NCBI GenBank assembly: GCA_034530875.2
Contig: JAVRCJ020000004.1
Coordinates: forward strand, 128,001 to 192,000
From: Nostoc sp. DedSLP01
GTDB taxonomy: Bacteria; Cyanobacteriota; Cyanobacteriia; Cyanobacteriales; Nostocaceae
DNA: 64,000 bases
Direction of reading: 5' to 3'
In this document: piece by piece, positions 53,326 through 64,000 of the stretch
How positions within the stretch are numbered: position 1 is the stretch's first letter
How the letters are laid out: the number at the start of each line of letters is the position of its first letter
The notes under the pieces: generated by a model
The model's input: only the letters and a program-made list of their open reading frames with translations
What the model was told of the DNA's origin: nothing
Database searches by the model: none
Made by a program: the position numbers and the translations under genes

Positions 53326-54786
53326 TCAACTAATCATATTCTCTAAAGCAGTTTGCAAATCTTTAGTTAATTGGCTCGTAGCTTGCTTAGTAGCTTGGCG
53401 TAGTTTACCGCCGTAGGCATCGCCTTGACATTTTTCCCAACGTTCGGTAACCGAAATAGGCTCTCCTACAGTAATTTTTGCCCGTCGCAAACCTAACCTT
53501 GGTCGTCCCGGCAATGTTGTATCTTTAATTCGAGAAAGCATATCAAAAATCAGCAAAGTTGTTTCCGCAAACTTTTCTGCTGTCGGTTTTTCTTTAATAT
53601 AATTAGCCGTAACTGCAACGAAACTTTCTACTATCCGCATGTGTCGCATTCGCAAATCTGCTTCTTGGGCAATCCAGTCTGCCAAACCGCGTTTGAAAGG
53701 TGATAAATTATTAATATCTAGCAAATCTTCGCGGTAAATGTAATTCCAGCCAGCTTCTTCTAAACGCCGACATCGGTCAATGAAACTTCCTTGTGGCTGA
53801 ACTGCAAAATATTGCTCGGCAACTGCTAAAGATTTATCTAGTAGGCGATGCAGTCTGTAAATTAATACTTCATTGGGACTCGCAGATTCATCAATTGAGA
53901 CAGTTTTCGGAATGTCTTGATGATAGAAACGACGATAAAACTCTTCCATTTCTGTAATTAAATATTCACCAAGACGATAAATCCGTTGATAGTAAATTTC
54001 TTCGCGATCGCCTTGAGTAATTTCCATTACAGGTAAACCACTATCAGCTTCTAATTTGCTCAATAACCAATCCAATTTTGACCAAGGTGGTTGGTCATAA
54101 GAATACTGAATGGCGATCGGCAAAATTAAAACTGTCTCGGAACGGTTGGCTTTTTGTAAATCCTCTACACACCAAAACCCCATTTGGGAAACACCAGGTT
54201 CCAATGGGCTAACAATGCCACTATGACCGTTAGTACCGCCTTCTGGTGCCACTGCGATCGGCATTTTACCATTAGCAAACAAGTCCCGCGCTGTTTGAAT
54301 CGCTTGGCGATCTAATCTCCTACCGCGATGAACCGGCACACCCCCCAACCGTGAAAACAACAAACCTAGCCAGTCTCCAGCCCAAACCGTCATACCCCGG
54401 TCATAAATAAAATAGCTGTGAACGAGTTGTTGCAGCTGGATGTTTTTTTGACGCGCAACCTGCGGCACAATATAGGAAAGCAAATACAGCATACAGAGGG
54501 GATCTTCCACTTCTGGGTGGCGAAACGCCAACAAAAAGCGAATTTTTCCAGCTTGGAATTGTTGATAAAGTTCAGCCAATACCTCAACATTCTCAGCTTC
54601 AATTCCGACAATACCAGCTGGCAGCCAAGGTCGAGTTCGGAATCGTAGCACTATTGGCAGTAACCATCGAAAAATGTACAGTATCGATGGGTTAAACCGT
54701 TGAGGAATAAATTTCAGCGGTGGTTGAGTAGACTGAATCGATTTAGGCAAGTCGCTTTCTAGATTGTATTTTTGGCGATTGTACAA
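53326..54786 (-). CDS. Phospholipid/glycerol acyltransferase family protein
   Basis: FRHPEVEDP (HxxxxD), APEGG, PIAIQY; exact start uncertain. Confidence 0.85.
   Translation of the reverse strand: MYNRQKYNLESDLPKSIQSTQPPLKFIPQRFNPSILYIFRWLLPIVLRFRTRPWLPAGIVGIEAENVEVLAELYQQFQAGKIRFLLAFRHPEVEDPLCMLYLLSYIVPQVARQKNIQLQQLVHSYFIYDRGMTVWAGDWLGLLFSRLGGVPVHRGRRLDRQAIQTARDLFANGKMPIAVAPEGGTNGHSGIVSPLEPGVSQMGFWCVEDLQKANRSETVLILPIAIQYSYDQPPWSKLDWLLSKLEADSGLPVMEITQGDREEIYYQRIYRLGEYLITEMEEFYRRFYHQDIPKTVSIDESASPNEVLIYRLHRLLDKSLAVAEQYFAVQPQGSFIDRCRRLEEAGWNYIYREDLLDINNLSPFKRGLADWIAQEADLRMRHMRIVESFVAVTANYIKEKPTAEKFAETTLLIFDMLSRIKDTTLPGRPRLGLRRAKITVGEPISVTERWEKCQGDAYGGKLRQATKQATSQLTKDLQTALENMIS
53401..53418. 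mobile_element. 18-bp small dispersed repeat inserted in frame within a HIP1 site
   Basis: GGCG[TAGTTTACCGCCGTAGGC]ATCGCC; removal restores GGCGATCGCC. Confidence 0.75.
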
Positions 54787-54845
54787 TATCTAAGCTAACA
54801 GCGATTTAGAGCAATCCGATCGCTGTTATGAAAATTACTATTTAA

Positions 54846-54958
54846 AGGTATTGCTGAATTGTGGTTTGAATACGCATGTAGAGACGTTGCAATGCAACGT
54901 CTCTACAAAATTGTGGTGTAATACACAATATTTTTTATACATAAAATCAGCAATACCT
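54846..54958. mobile_element. MITE-like element with internal REP palindrome
   Basis: AGGTATTGCTGA ... TCAGCAATACCT ends; TGTAGAGACGTTGCA-A-TGCAACGTCTCTACA inside. Confidence 0.75.
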
Positions 54959-55054
54959 CTTTAAAGGTGGAATTTTAAATTCACTGATGCTGATGGCAAA
55001 GTTTGTAATGTCTGCATTGCCCATTAAAGCAACTGTTAGACTCTGGCGTAACAG

Positions 55055-55127
55055 TGGAGGTTAGCGGACTCGAACCGCTGACATCCTGCTTGCAAAGCAG
55101 GCGCTCTACCAACTGAGCTAAACCCCC
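55055..55127 (-). tRNA. trnA: tRNA-Ala(TGC)
   Basis: GGGGGTTTAGCTCAGTTGGTAGAGCGCCTGCTTTGCAAGCAGGATGTCAGCGGTTCGAGTCCGCTAACCTCCA; G3:U70 pair; CCA not encoded. Confidence 0.98.
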
Positions 55128-55198
55128 GTAAAATTAAAATAGCAGGTAATTTTGTTTGCTCTCGTTATTGTAACTTATATCGTTCAATTACTAAAGGG

Positions 55199-56113
55199 AT
55201 GAAGCCAGAAAATATCCAAGTCGTCGCAACACTCTACAAATTCGTTAAATTGCCAGATTTTGCCGAAAAACGAGAACCTCTCTTATCTTACTGCCAAGCC
55301 CAAGGCATCAAAGGAACTATTTTGCTGGCGGAAGAAGGAATTAACGGTACAATTGCAGGTTCGCGTCAAGCAATTGATTCTGTTCTCTGGTTTGTGCGTT
55401 CTGACCCTCGTCTAGCTGACCTAGAACATAAAGAATCTTATACCCAAACTCCACCTTTTGAGCGTATGAAGGTGCGGTTGAAGCAAGAAATTGTCACTTT
55501 AGGGTTGCCGGAAATTGACCCAAACGAACGAGTCGGGACTTATGTCAGTCCCCAGGAATGGAACGATCTGATTTCTGACCCAGAAGTAACTGTGATTGAC
55601 ACGCGGAATGATTATGAGGTGAGTATTGGCACTTTCCAAGGAGCAGAAAATCCACAAACTGAGTCATTCCGGGAATTTCCCGATTATGTACGCCAGCACC
55701 TCGACCCAGAAAAACACAAAAAAGTCGCTCTGTTTTGTACCGGCGGCATTCGCTGCGAAAAAGCCTCATCGTTTATGCTTGCCCAAGGCTTTGCAGAAGT
55801 CTACCATCTCAAAGGCGGCATTCTCAAATATTTGGAGGAAATTCCAGCCCAAGAAAGTTTCTGGCAAGGTGAATGTTTTGTCTTTGACGAACGCGTAGCC
55901 GTCAGTCACGGGTTAGAGTCAGGAAGTTATGAGTTATGCCTGTGTTGCGGGCATCCAATTTCCGAAGAAGATAAACTCTCTCCCAAATACGAGCAAGGCA
56001 TCTCCTGCGATCGTTGTTTCGATCGCTTAACCGATGAAAAAAGAGCGCGTCAACAAGAAAAATGGCGACATTACCAAAGCCAAATTGCTCATAAAAATAA
56101 AGACGCTAGCTAA
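55199..56113 (+). CDS. trhO: Rhodanese-domain tRNA U34 hydroxylase TrhO (YceA/UPF0176)
   Basis: [44 protein letters not shown]. Confidence 0.93.
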   Translation: MKPENIQVVATLYKFVKLPDFAEKREPLLSYCQAQGIKGTILLAEEGINGTIAGSRQAIDSVLWFVRSDPRLADLEHKESYTQTPPFERMKVRLKQEIVTLGLPEIDPNERVGTYVSPQEWNDLISDPEVTVIDTRNDYEVSIGTFQGAENPQTESFREFPDYVRQHLDPEKHKKVALFCTGGIRCEKASSFMLAQGFAEVYHLKGGILKYLEEIPAQESFWQGECFVFDERVAVSHGLESGSYELCLCCGHPISEEDKLSPKYEQGISCDRCFDRLTDEKRARQQEKWRHYQSQIAHKNKDAS

Positions 56114-56146
56114 TAAATTAGCAAACAGCAAGTACTGAGTTAGGAG

Positions 56147-56500
56147 TTAGGAATTTTCCCCAAAAAGCTCTTCCCTTCTGCCCTCTGCCCTCTGCCTCCT
56201 GCCTTCTGCCTCCTGCCTTCTGCCTCCTGCCTCCTCTGCCCCTCCGCCCCCTTGCCCCACTAAACTATTAGGTATTCTCAATCTGGCATAATCGCCGCTT
56301 AGTTGAACCTTTGATGGTGGTTTGTGTAGCATTACACAGCATCTATGAACTGCGGTTTGGTACTCTCGCCATTGCTTACGAATTGCTTTACTTCCAGCAT
56401 CATCACCTAAGTCTGAAAATCTTAGCCCTGCGCGAATCAGCCAAGTTTCTACGTCTGTTGTTTCACCAACAATTTCCGGAATGGGATTAATATTATCCAT
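56147..56500 (-). CDS. Small hypothetical protein with a C-terminal extension through STRR
   Basis: About 80 non-repetitive codons followed by a GGCAGAG-repeat-encoded tail. Confidence 0.4.
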   Translation of the reverse strand: MDNINPIPEIVGETTDVETWLIRAGLRFSDLGDDAGSKAIRKQWREYQTAVHRCCVMLHKPPSKVQLSGDYARLRIPNSLVGQGGGGAEEAGGRRQEAEGRRQRAEGRREELFGENS

Positions 56501-56749
56501 GAGTTATATCTGATACAAGCATTAAAAATTTCTAGTTTTACTGTAAGAGAAACTATCAATAATAACCAATACTTTTTTTTTTCAAAATCATAAATATAAA
56601 TGATTAATAAAAAGATTCAGGTCTGAGTGTAGACACTCAGACCTGATACCAATTCAAAATTCAAAATTAATAAATCTTTATTTGACGAGGCTTTCTGGAT
56701 TTAGATCTGTTTCAAACTTTTAGTGAATTGGTATGAGAGGATAAATTAC

Positions 56750-56912
56750 TAGGACTTACGCACTCAGATCCCCCAACCCCCTTAAAAAGGGGAGCCACTG
56801 CATTGGGCGGGTTCCCCGACTTGTAGCAAGTGGCGTGGCTTTAGAAGTTCCCCCCAATTTATCGGGGGGTAGTGGGGGGATCTAGGTTTCAGGCTTCAGT
56901 GCGTAAGTTCTA
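56750..56912. mobile_element. MITE-like element containing nested hairpin repeats
   Basis: TAGGACTTACGCACT ... AGTGCGTAAGTTCTA ends; inner AGATCCCCC/GGGGGATCT arms; 44-bp insert at 56793-56836. Confidence 0.75.
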
Positions 56913-56973
56913 ATTACGATCGCTCTTATTCAAATATCATCAGCAATAGCTGATTCGGCAGCTATTGCGATCG

Positions 56974-57486
56974 TTAGAAGCGATAGCCCAATCCTGCTTG
57001 GAAACTGACAGCATCAGCATCACTATTTCTGTAGGCGTCAATGCCCCATTTCGTATCACCGTAGGCGATGACGTTGTTGGTAACTTGCGATTCAACACCA
57101 AGGGTAACTACAGGCGCATTCTCGTTACCCAATGGGCTATTTTGACCTTGGTCAGTTACGAAAGAATAACCGCCACCCAAGTAAACGTTAGTGTTTTTCG
57201 CAATGGGTGCATCGTAAGTTACTATGGGCATAATGGCAGCAGCATCACCGCCATACAACACAGAACCCCGCACTGAAAAAGGTGTTTGAGGAACAACGTA
57301 ACGTCCTTGAACGTTCCCGCCAACTTGCGAGCCATCGTTTCCTTGTCCGCCACTAGTTGCACCAACCGCAATACCAGCACCTATATAATTAGCGTTAGTA
57401 CCTGCTGTTTGAGCAGAAGCAATCCCACCTGAAAGAATAATGGAAGCAACAGCGAGGACAGAGGCAGTTAATTTTGTTAATTTCAT
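56974..57486 (-). CDS. Small outer-membrane beta-barrel protein
   Basis: Signal peptide ending ASA; amphipathic strands; C-terminal GLGYRF. Confidence 0.85.
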   Translation of the reverse strand: MKLTKLTASVLAVASIILSGGIASAQTAGTNANYIGAGIAVGATSGGQGNDGSQVGGNVQGRYVVPQTPFSVRGSVLYGGDAAAIMPIVTYDAPIAKNTNVYLGGGYSFVTDQGQNSPLGNENAPVVTLGVESQVTNNVIAYGDTKWGIDAYRNSDADAVSFQAGLGYRF

Positions 57487-57648
57487 AAGATTCTGCTTAC
57501 TAGATTTAGGTAAATTCAATATTCTCTAGTACTAGAATCTCTTTTTTTACAAAATGTAACCTCCCACACTCGGTTCACCTTACTGGTTGAATCGTTTTTC
57601 ACCCAGTAAGGTGATACGAATCTCGCTTGAGAATTCAACTCTCGCGTA

Positions 57649-59253
57649 CTATTTTTTCAAAAAGCGTTGGCGCAGACGAACCACAAAAGTATTTACCTCT
57701 GGTATTTTCATCCATGAAGCGATCGCCGCAAATACCCCAATTCCCACGCAGCCAGATAGGCACAACTCCAACAGCAGAATCAGGAAACCTGTTTTACCTA
57801 AAAATTGTTGAGAAGCAACCAAAGTGCCATAGCTGGCTCCACCAGCTACTACACTAGCAGCAGTTAGACCGATAATCGGTAAACTCCACTCGCGCCAAGG
57901 TAAACCATTGAGTTTGCGATCGAGTAACCACAACAGCATCAATACTGAGCCGCAATTTACACCCACTGTTGCTAACACCAAACCGGGAGCGCCAAAGGGT
58001 TTAACGAAAAACCAATCTAGTAGAGCGTTTAGCAAGATATTAAAAGTACTGACGCGAAAAGGTGTCTGTCCATCTCCTAAAGCATAAAAAACTCGCACCA
58101 AGACATCACGCGCTAAATAAACAAACATCCCAATTCCATAAGCTACTAGCAACGATGAAACTAGTTGTGTGGCTTCCGGCTTGAAAGCACCGCGCTCGTA
58201 TACTACCCGAACAATGGGTACAGATAGCGCCACCATCAAAGCTCCTAGCGGTAGCATAGTGAAGGCAGTAAGTAGAAGTCCTTGGCGAATGCGTAATTTT
58301 AAATCGTGCCAATTTTCGGGGCCAGCAAGTTTGGCAAATATTGGTAATAAAGGCAGCAAAATGATATTTGAAATAATTCCTAAAGGAGTTTGTACTAACA
58401 GATTTGCATAGTTAAATCCTGCCGCCGCACCAGGGATGGGACTAGCAAAATATAGGTCAGTAGCGACATTAATTGGCATCATTCCCGAGGAAATTGTTGC
58501 CGGGGTCATAATTTTGATTACTTCTTGGACGCCAGGAGCTTTAAAATCAAACCGCAGGCGTAATGTACCTAGTCCTAATCGCCATTGAACAACTAGCTGC
58601 ACCAACCACTGGAGAACTGCCCCTGCTAAGGTTCCCCAAGCTAAGACCATACCACCAATGAAGGCATACTCTGGCTTGATAATGTCCTTACCTAGTTGCA
58701 AAGCCAAGATACCAAGACCAGCAACAACGGTAATGCTTGATAATAAAGGACTAATTGAAAGCAACCAATATTGATTAGCGGCATTGAGAGTACCGAAGCC
58801 AATACCAATTAATCCCGAAAATAAAGCCATTGGTGCCATAATGCGGATTTGTTGAATAGCGATCGCTCTGGTTGTGGGATCCAAGCCATGACCGACTAAA
58901 TCAACAATCTCATCTGCCAAGAAAATTTGCGCAACTGTTACCAATAACAGCAATCCACCCACCAGGGTTGTTACCGTTTCCACCAAGGAAGCAGCTTCTT
59001 GTTGCTTGCGCTTGGCTAAAACACTGACAACTGCACTGTGTAATGGGCCATTCACACCACCTAGTAATATCAATAGAAAGCCAGGGATAATATAAGCGTA
59101 ACTGTAGGCAGTGGCAGCCGCGCCAACACCAAATGCAGCAGCGATCGCTTGTTGGCGAACTAAACCAAAGACTTTACTAATTAATGTAGCAATGGCAACA
59201 ATGCCAGCAATTCCAGCGAAAGAACGAGAGGGTTTTTGGTCTTGTTGTGTCAC
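57649..59253 (-). CDS. murJ: Lipid II flippase MurJ (MviN)
   Basis: SKVFGLVRQ, FGVG, YANLLVQTPLG, RVFYALGD. Confidence 0.95.
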   Translation of the reverse strand: MTQQDQKPSRSFAGIAGIVAIATLISKVFGLVRQQAIAAAFGVGAAATAYSYAYIIPGFLLILLGGVNGPLHSAVVSVLAKRKQQEAASLVETVTTLVGGLLLLVTVAQIFLADEIVDLVGHGLDPTTRAIAIQQIRIMAPMALFSGLIGIGFGTLNAANQYWLLSISPLLSSITVVAGLGILALQLGKDIIKPEYAFIGGMVLAWGTLAGAVLQWLVQLVVQWRLGLGTLRLRFDFKAPGVQEVIKIMTPATISSGMMPINVATDLYFASPIPGAAAGFNYANLLVQTPLGIISNIILLPLLPIFAKLAGPENWHDLKLRIRQGLLLTAFTMLPLGALMVALSVPIVRVVYERGAFKPEATQLVSSLLVAYGIGMFVYLARDVLVRVFYALGDGQTPFRVSTFNILLNALLDWFFVKPFGAPGLVLATVGVNCGSVLMLLWLLDRKLNGLPWREWSLPIIGLTAASVVAGGASYGTLVASQQFLGKTGFLILLLELCLSGCVGIGVFAAIASWMKIPEVNTFVVRLRQRFLKK

Positions 59254-59883
59254 GAAGAATACCTGAATACTCTTTGAGAAGTGTATATCTCAAAACATTT
59301 AACCTGAATTTTAAAGTCTGTCAGGCAAATTTTGATAAGTCAGTCATTAGTCTAACGGCAATCGGTCGAATGCGTAGACACTGCATCGCCATGTCACCAA
59401 ATGGATGCACTACAAAGCAATCTGGAAAAATTACAAGCATATTTCATCAAACAAATAAAAGTCACTGTCAGCCTACAGACCTGTGCGTGCGTTGAAAAAC
59501 GCTATGATTTGACGCCAAAGCGTATTTAGACATTCCAATAAATTAGCTACCAATCAACCATAAAGCTGTTACGCGTTTTTTTAATTGCGCTCTGAATAAT
59601 AAAAGCTATTATTTTGCTTTACAAACTGCGATCGCCAATGAGCAATTATTGTAAAGACTTGGATTAGTCGCGTCTCTATGACCGACGATCGATGGCTTGA
59701 TAACCGATTGTTGACAAGTTGTGAAGATAGGTCAAGAACGGGGAACTATAACAGTAACTATCTTCATTTACAAGAATCGGAGACTTCAAAAATAAGTTAG
59801 TCAGATTAAAGAGCTTGATAGCGTTCAACCAGACGAAGTTTAGCATCAACAATTTTGTAGAAAAATCTCTAAAATCAATAGCG

Positions 59884-62800
59884 ATGGAACTCAATTCAGC
59901 TTTAACAGAAAATCAACTTCTATTGTCAAGCGCTCAACTTCAAGAGCAACTAGAAAAACAAAAGGCTCTGGCGAGTGTGATTGTAAGAATTCGGGAGTCT
60001 CTTGAGTTAAAGACGATTTTTCAAACTACAGTTACAGAAGTGCGTCAGTTGCTCAATGCCGATCGAGTAGGAGTCTTCCAATTCGATCCTGAAAAAGATT
60101 GGGAAGGAGAATTTGTTTCTGAGGATGTTGCAGCTGGTTGGACTTCAGCAATGGCAGTTAAAGTTTACGACCACTGCTTTGGAGAACATTTTGCTGTTAG
60201 TTATCAACAAGGAAAAGTCCAAGCAGTTGCTGATATTTATGATGCACAACTCAGTGATTGTCATAGAGAAATTTTACGTCAATTTCAGATTCGCGCTAAC
60301 CTCATTGTTCCCTTATTACGAGAGAAGAAATTATGGGGACTACTTTGCATTCATCAATGCAGTGAGGCTCGGAATTGGAAAGAATCAGAAATTGAATTTA
60401 TTCGCCAAATTGCTGACCATTTAACAGTTGCCATTCAACAAGTCAAGCATCTCCATGAAGTCGAATTACAAGCGACAAAGTTAGCTCAAGCAGCCCAACG
60501 CGATCGAGTAATTGCTCAGCTTGTTGATACAATTCGTTCGCCCTTGGATCTTGACACTATCTTTAAAACCACAACTGAAGAAATACGCAAACTGCTGCAA
60601 GCCGACCGAGTTGCGATTTTTTGTTTCCATGCTGATTGGAGCGGTAGCTTTGTCGCTGAATCATTTGGACAAGAGTGGACTCCCTTAGTTGGTATTCAAG
60701 GAGCGATCGCTGATACTTATTTACAGCAAACTCAAGGCGGACGCTACCTTAAAAATGAGACATTTTCAGTCGATAATATTTATCAAGCAGGATTAACAGA
60801 TTGCCATGTCACTTTGTTAGAGCAATTTCAAGCAAAAGCCTTTACAACTGCCCCAATTCTTCAAGGAGAAAAACTCTGGGGAATTATTGCTGCTTATCAA
60901 AATGCCTCACCTAGACAATGGCAATCCTATGAAGTCGAATCGCTCACCAAAATTGGCAGACAAATTGGTGTCATCCTGCGACATCACGAGTTGTTAGCAC
61001 AAGCTCAATATCAAGCAGAACAGCAAAAAACATTAACCAGCGTCATTACTCGTATTCGTAAATCGCTGGATTTAGACACAATCTTTCAAACTTCTGTCAC
61101 TGAAGTCCGGCAAATGCTACAAACAGACAGAGTAGCAGTCTTTCGTTTTGACCCTCAAAAAGACTGGGAAGGAGAATTTATTTCTGAGGATGTTGTCAGT
61201 GGATGGGACTCAGTAATCGCTGCAAAAGTATACGACCACTGCTTTGGCGAAAAGTTTGCTATTAATTACCAACAAGGTCGCGTACAAGCAGTAGCAGATA
61301 TTCATGAAGCGGGATTAAGTGAATGTCATGTAGTAATTCTCGACAAATTTCAAGTGCGTGCTAATTTGGTTGTTCCTTTATTGAAGCAAGGCGAATTATG
61401 GGGATTATTGTGCGTTCATCAATGCAGCAATCCTCGAACTTGGCAGCCTTCAGAAATTGAATTTGTCAGCCAAATTGCAGAAAATTTAGGGGTTGCTTTA
61501 CAACATAACAAACTCTTACATGAAGCTCGATATCAAGCAGAGCAACAAAAGATATTAACTAGCGTGATTGCTCGAATTCGTGAATCTTTAGATTTAGATA
61601 CTATTTTTCAAACTTCTGTTACCGAAATGCGGCAACTACTCAAAGCAGAGCGAGTAGGGGTGTTCCGTTTTAATTCTCAAAAAGACTGGGAAGGAGAATT
61701 TATTTATGAAGATGTAGCTGATGGTTGGAGTTCGGCAATAGCAGAAAATGTTTACGACCACTGTTTTAGCGAATATTTTGCACCGCTTTATGCCCAAGGT
61801 CGAGTAAATGCGATCGCTGATATTTATCAACACGATTTCCAAAACTGTTACATAGAAATTCTAGAAAGATTTCAAGTGCGTGCAAATATGGTTGCTCCGC
61901 TTTTGAAAGAAGGCGAGCTTTGGGGATTGCTATGCGTTCACCAATGTAATGCCCCTCGTCAATGGCAACAGTCAGAAATCGAATTTGCAGCTCAAATTGC
62001 CGAACAATTAGGAGTAGCATTAAAACAAGATTCCTATCTCAAACAAGTTCAAATGCAAGCTGTTCAGTTAGCAGAAGCTACCGAACGAGAAAAAGCAATG
62101 GAACGGCAAGAATTATTAGCTGCTACTATTGATAAAATACGTCAATCCCTTGATATTCAAACTATTTTTAAAACAACTACCCAAGCTGTGCGAGAGTTGC
62201 TGGAGGTAGAGCGAATTGCAATTTATCGCTTTAACTCAGATTGGAGTGGTAAATTTGTTGCAGATTCCTTCAAAGATGGTTGGAAACCTGTTGTCAAAAC
62301 TCAACCATTGATTATCCAAACCTTTGAAGATACAGATGATGATAATGAACTTCCACGCAACGAAACTTTCGTTCCCATTCGTCAAGGCGAAAAATTATGG
62401 GGGTTGTTAGTTGCTTATCAAAATTCTCAACCGCGTTATTGGAAAGAAGAAGAAATTAATCTCTTAGCTCAAGTGGGAGTGCAATTAGGAATTGCAATTC
62501 AGCAAGCAGAATTACTCGAGCAAACTAAACGTCAAACTTCAGAACTCACTCAAGCTCTGCAAGAATTAAAACAAACTCAAAGCCGATTGATTCAGGGTGA
62601 GAAAATGGCTGGTTTAGGACAATTGCTAGCCGGAGTTGCTCATGAAATCAACAACCCGATTAATTTCATTTTTGGCAATCTTATACATTTAAAGGAATAT
62701 ACTCAAGAACTGTTGAATGTTGTAAAACTTTATCGGGAGGTTCCAGATGTGCAAAAGAAAATTGAAAAGACGGATTTAGATTTTATTATCGAAGATTTGC

Positions 62801-63411
62801 CGAAAACAGTTGACTCGATGCAGGTAGGAGCCGAACGAATTTATGAAATTGTGCTATCGCTGCGAAACTTCTCTCGTACAGATGAGGCAGAATTGAGAGC
62901 TGTAGACGTTCATGAAGGATTAAATGGTACTTTGCTGATTTTAGGGAGTAGACTGAAAAATAATAGCGATCGCCCAGCTATTGAAATTGTTAAAGAATAT
63001 AGTACCTTGCCTTTACTTGAATGCTATCCCGCACAATTAAATCAGGTATTTATGAATCTTCTGAGTAACAGTATTGATGCATTGGAGGAGAAATTTAAAA
63101 CTATACAGCAAAAATATTTAGAATTAGGAGAAAAATCTCCCAAAATTCCCTTAACTATTTGGATTAGTACCCAAATAGTGAACGATCGAGTTCAAATTAG
63201 AATAGCTGATAATGGTCTAGGTATGCCAGAGGAAGTGCGATCGCACATTTTCGATCCATTTTTCACTACAAAAGAACCAGGTAAAGGTACAGGCTTAGGA
63301 TTGTCTATCAGCTATCAAATTGTGGTTGAAAAACATCATGGTGAAATAAAATGTTTGTCTAAAGCAGGAGAAGGAACAGAATTTTTAATTAAAATTCCTA
63401 CTGTTAATTAA
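59884..63411 (+). CDS. Multi-GAF cyanobacteriochrome sensor histidine kinase
   Basis: GAF1 and GAF3 DHCF+CH, GAF2 DTYLQ+CH, GAF4 DHCF+CY, GAF5 shortened; [21 protein letters not shown]. Confidence 0.93.
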   Translation: MELNSALTENQLLLSSAQLQEQLEKQKALASVIVRIRESLELKTIFQTTVTEVRQLLNADRVGVFQFDPEKDWEGEFVSEDVAAGWTSAMAVKVYDHCFGEHFAVSYQQGKVQAVADIYDAQLSDCHREILRQFQIRANLIVPLLREKKLWGLLCIHQCSEARNWKESEIEFIRQIADHLTVAIQQVKHLHEVELQATKLAQAAQRDRVIAQLVDTIRSPLDLDTIFKTTTEEIRKLLQADRVAIFCFHADWSGSFVAESFGQEWTPLVGIQGAIADTYLQQTQGGRYLKNETFSVDNIYQAGLTDCHVTLLEQFQAKAFTTAPILQGEKLWGIIAAYQNASPRQWQSYEVESLTKIGRQIGVILRHHELLAQAQYQAEQQKTLTSVITRIRKSLDLDTIFQTSVTEVRQMLQTDRVAVFRFDPQKDWEGEFISEDVVSGWDSVIAAKVYDHCFGEKFAINYQQGRVQAVADIHEAGLSECHVVILDKFQVRANLVVPLLKQGELWGLLCVHQCSNPRTWQPSEIEFVSQIAENLGVALQHNKLLHEARYQAEQQKILTSVIARIRESLDLDTIFQTSVTEMRQLLKAERVGVFRFNSQKDWEGEFIYEDVADGWSSAIAENVYDHCFSEYFAPLYAQGRVNAIADIYQHDFQNCYIEILERFQVRANMVAPLLKEGELWGLLCVHQCNAPRQWQQSEIEFAAQIAEQLGVALKQDSYLKQVQMQAVQLAEATEREKAMERQELLAATIDKIRQSLDIQTIFKTTTQAVRELLEVERIAIYRFNSDWSGKFVADSFKDGWKPVVKTQPLIIQTFEDTDDDNELPRNETFVPIRQGEKLWGLLVAYQNSQPRYWKEEEINLLAQVGVQLGIAIQQAELLEQTKRQTSELTQALQELKQTQSRLIQGEKMAGLGQLLAGVAHEINNPINFIFGNLIHLKEYTQELLNVVKLYREVPDVQKKIEKTDLDFIIEDLPKTVDSMQVGAERIYEIVLSLRNFSRTDEAELRAVDVHEGLNGTLLILGSRLKNNSDRPAIEIVKEYSTLPLLECYPAQLNQVFMNLLSNSIDALEEKFKTIQQKYLELGEKSPKIPLTIWISTQIVNDRVQIRIADNGLGMPEEVRSHIFDPFFTTKEPGKGTGLGLSISYQIVVEKHHGEIKCLSKAGEGTEFLIKIPTVN

Positions 63412-63831
63412 AGTTCGCTCTTTCGGTAAACTTGCAAACGCAAATTATCAAAACAGAATACATACGCTACTTCGCCAAAATTCAGTATGAATTGGAGTGC
63501 GACTGGCGGATAGCCAAGCTAAGCCGTGTCCGCCTCAATGGCCAATTGATATAGCAAGAAGCAGGAGGCAGGAGGTAAAAGTATTACTATTCCTGGTATT
63601 CGAGCTTTTAAAATGTCCTAACATATCTGGCTACGGCTATATTTCTGCCATATCCAAACTAACCCCAAGCTTCTTTTCAAGACTATCAAACAGGGTAGGC
63701 ATACTCCTACGGAGAAGCAAGCTACGCGATAGCGTCTCTGAAACAGAAGGCATCGCTCCCAAAGTCATTAGTCATTGGGAGCGCTGACTGTTGACTGCTG
63801 ACTGAGGAGTTATTATTCTCTCCCTACCTCC

Positions 63832-64000
63832 CTATTTCCCCACTCCCCCTTGATGTTCGCATTTAAAACCTCGATTCTGCCAATCTGCCATATCTACTTC
63901 ATTAAGTTTGATAATGTTTGAGCATTCTGGTTGAATAACTTGACTTAGGATCGCCCAAAATAAACTGCGCGTTAAATCGAGTCCAGTTTTGAGCCAAGAT
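63832..64000 (-). CDS. 3' end of an unidentified gene entering from the right edge
   Basis: Open frame SWLKTGLDLTRSLFWAILSQVIQPECSNIIKLNEVDMADWQNRGF... to TAG at 63832. Confidence 0.4.
   Translation of the reverse strand, partial: SWLKTGLDLTRSLFWAILSQVIQPECSNIIKLNEVDMADWQNRGFKCEHQGGVGK

Noticed and set aside
47170..55127. Integrative element or prophage anchored at tRNA-Ala and carrying parA
   Set aside because: No integrase, no phage or conjugation genes, and I saw no duplicate of the tRNA 3' end; a core-type acyltransferase lies in between.
63497..63787. 96-aa ORF after the kinase
   Set aside because: It is composed of dispersed-repeat and STRR fragments.

Overview
This is a 64-kb chromosomal window from a heterocyst-type filamentous cyanobacterium. 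The Nostocales assignment is inferred from frequent HIP1 GCGATCGC sites, STRR heptamer repeats, small MITE/SDR elements, calB and speY. Core genes (pyrR, cbiB, Rrf2 regulator, calB, ClC, speY, sfsA, trhO, tRNA-Ala, murJ) alternate with signalling genes: three cyanobacteriochrome multi-GAF proteins, two hybrid kinases and a PAS/GAF nucleotide cyclase. The most interesting accessory feature is a two-gene module present twice in diverged form: a stand-alone P-loop ATPase followed by a partner that starts with a shared, apparently inactive NTPase-like domain and ends in a variable module. Copy 1 (24.9-27.8 kb) ends in near-identical 120-bp TPR repeats with variable positions and is bracketed by ~50-bp direct repeats. 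Copy 2 (48.8-53.2 kb) has TPR plus an nSTAND-type NTPase, an in-frame TGA, and an AT-rich retropepsin-like tail followed by ParA and a ParB-like/HhH gene. Other observations: an FAD-oxidoreductase/persulfide-dioxygenase fusion, an output-less tetra-GAF photoreceptor, an 11x21-bp phased array beside a catalytically degenerate serine recombinase, a stand-alone tRNA-Ala(UGC) head-to-head with trhO, and several gene remnants missing from the ORF track. All family calls come from motif recognition by eye; no database search was run.
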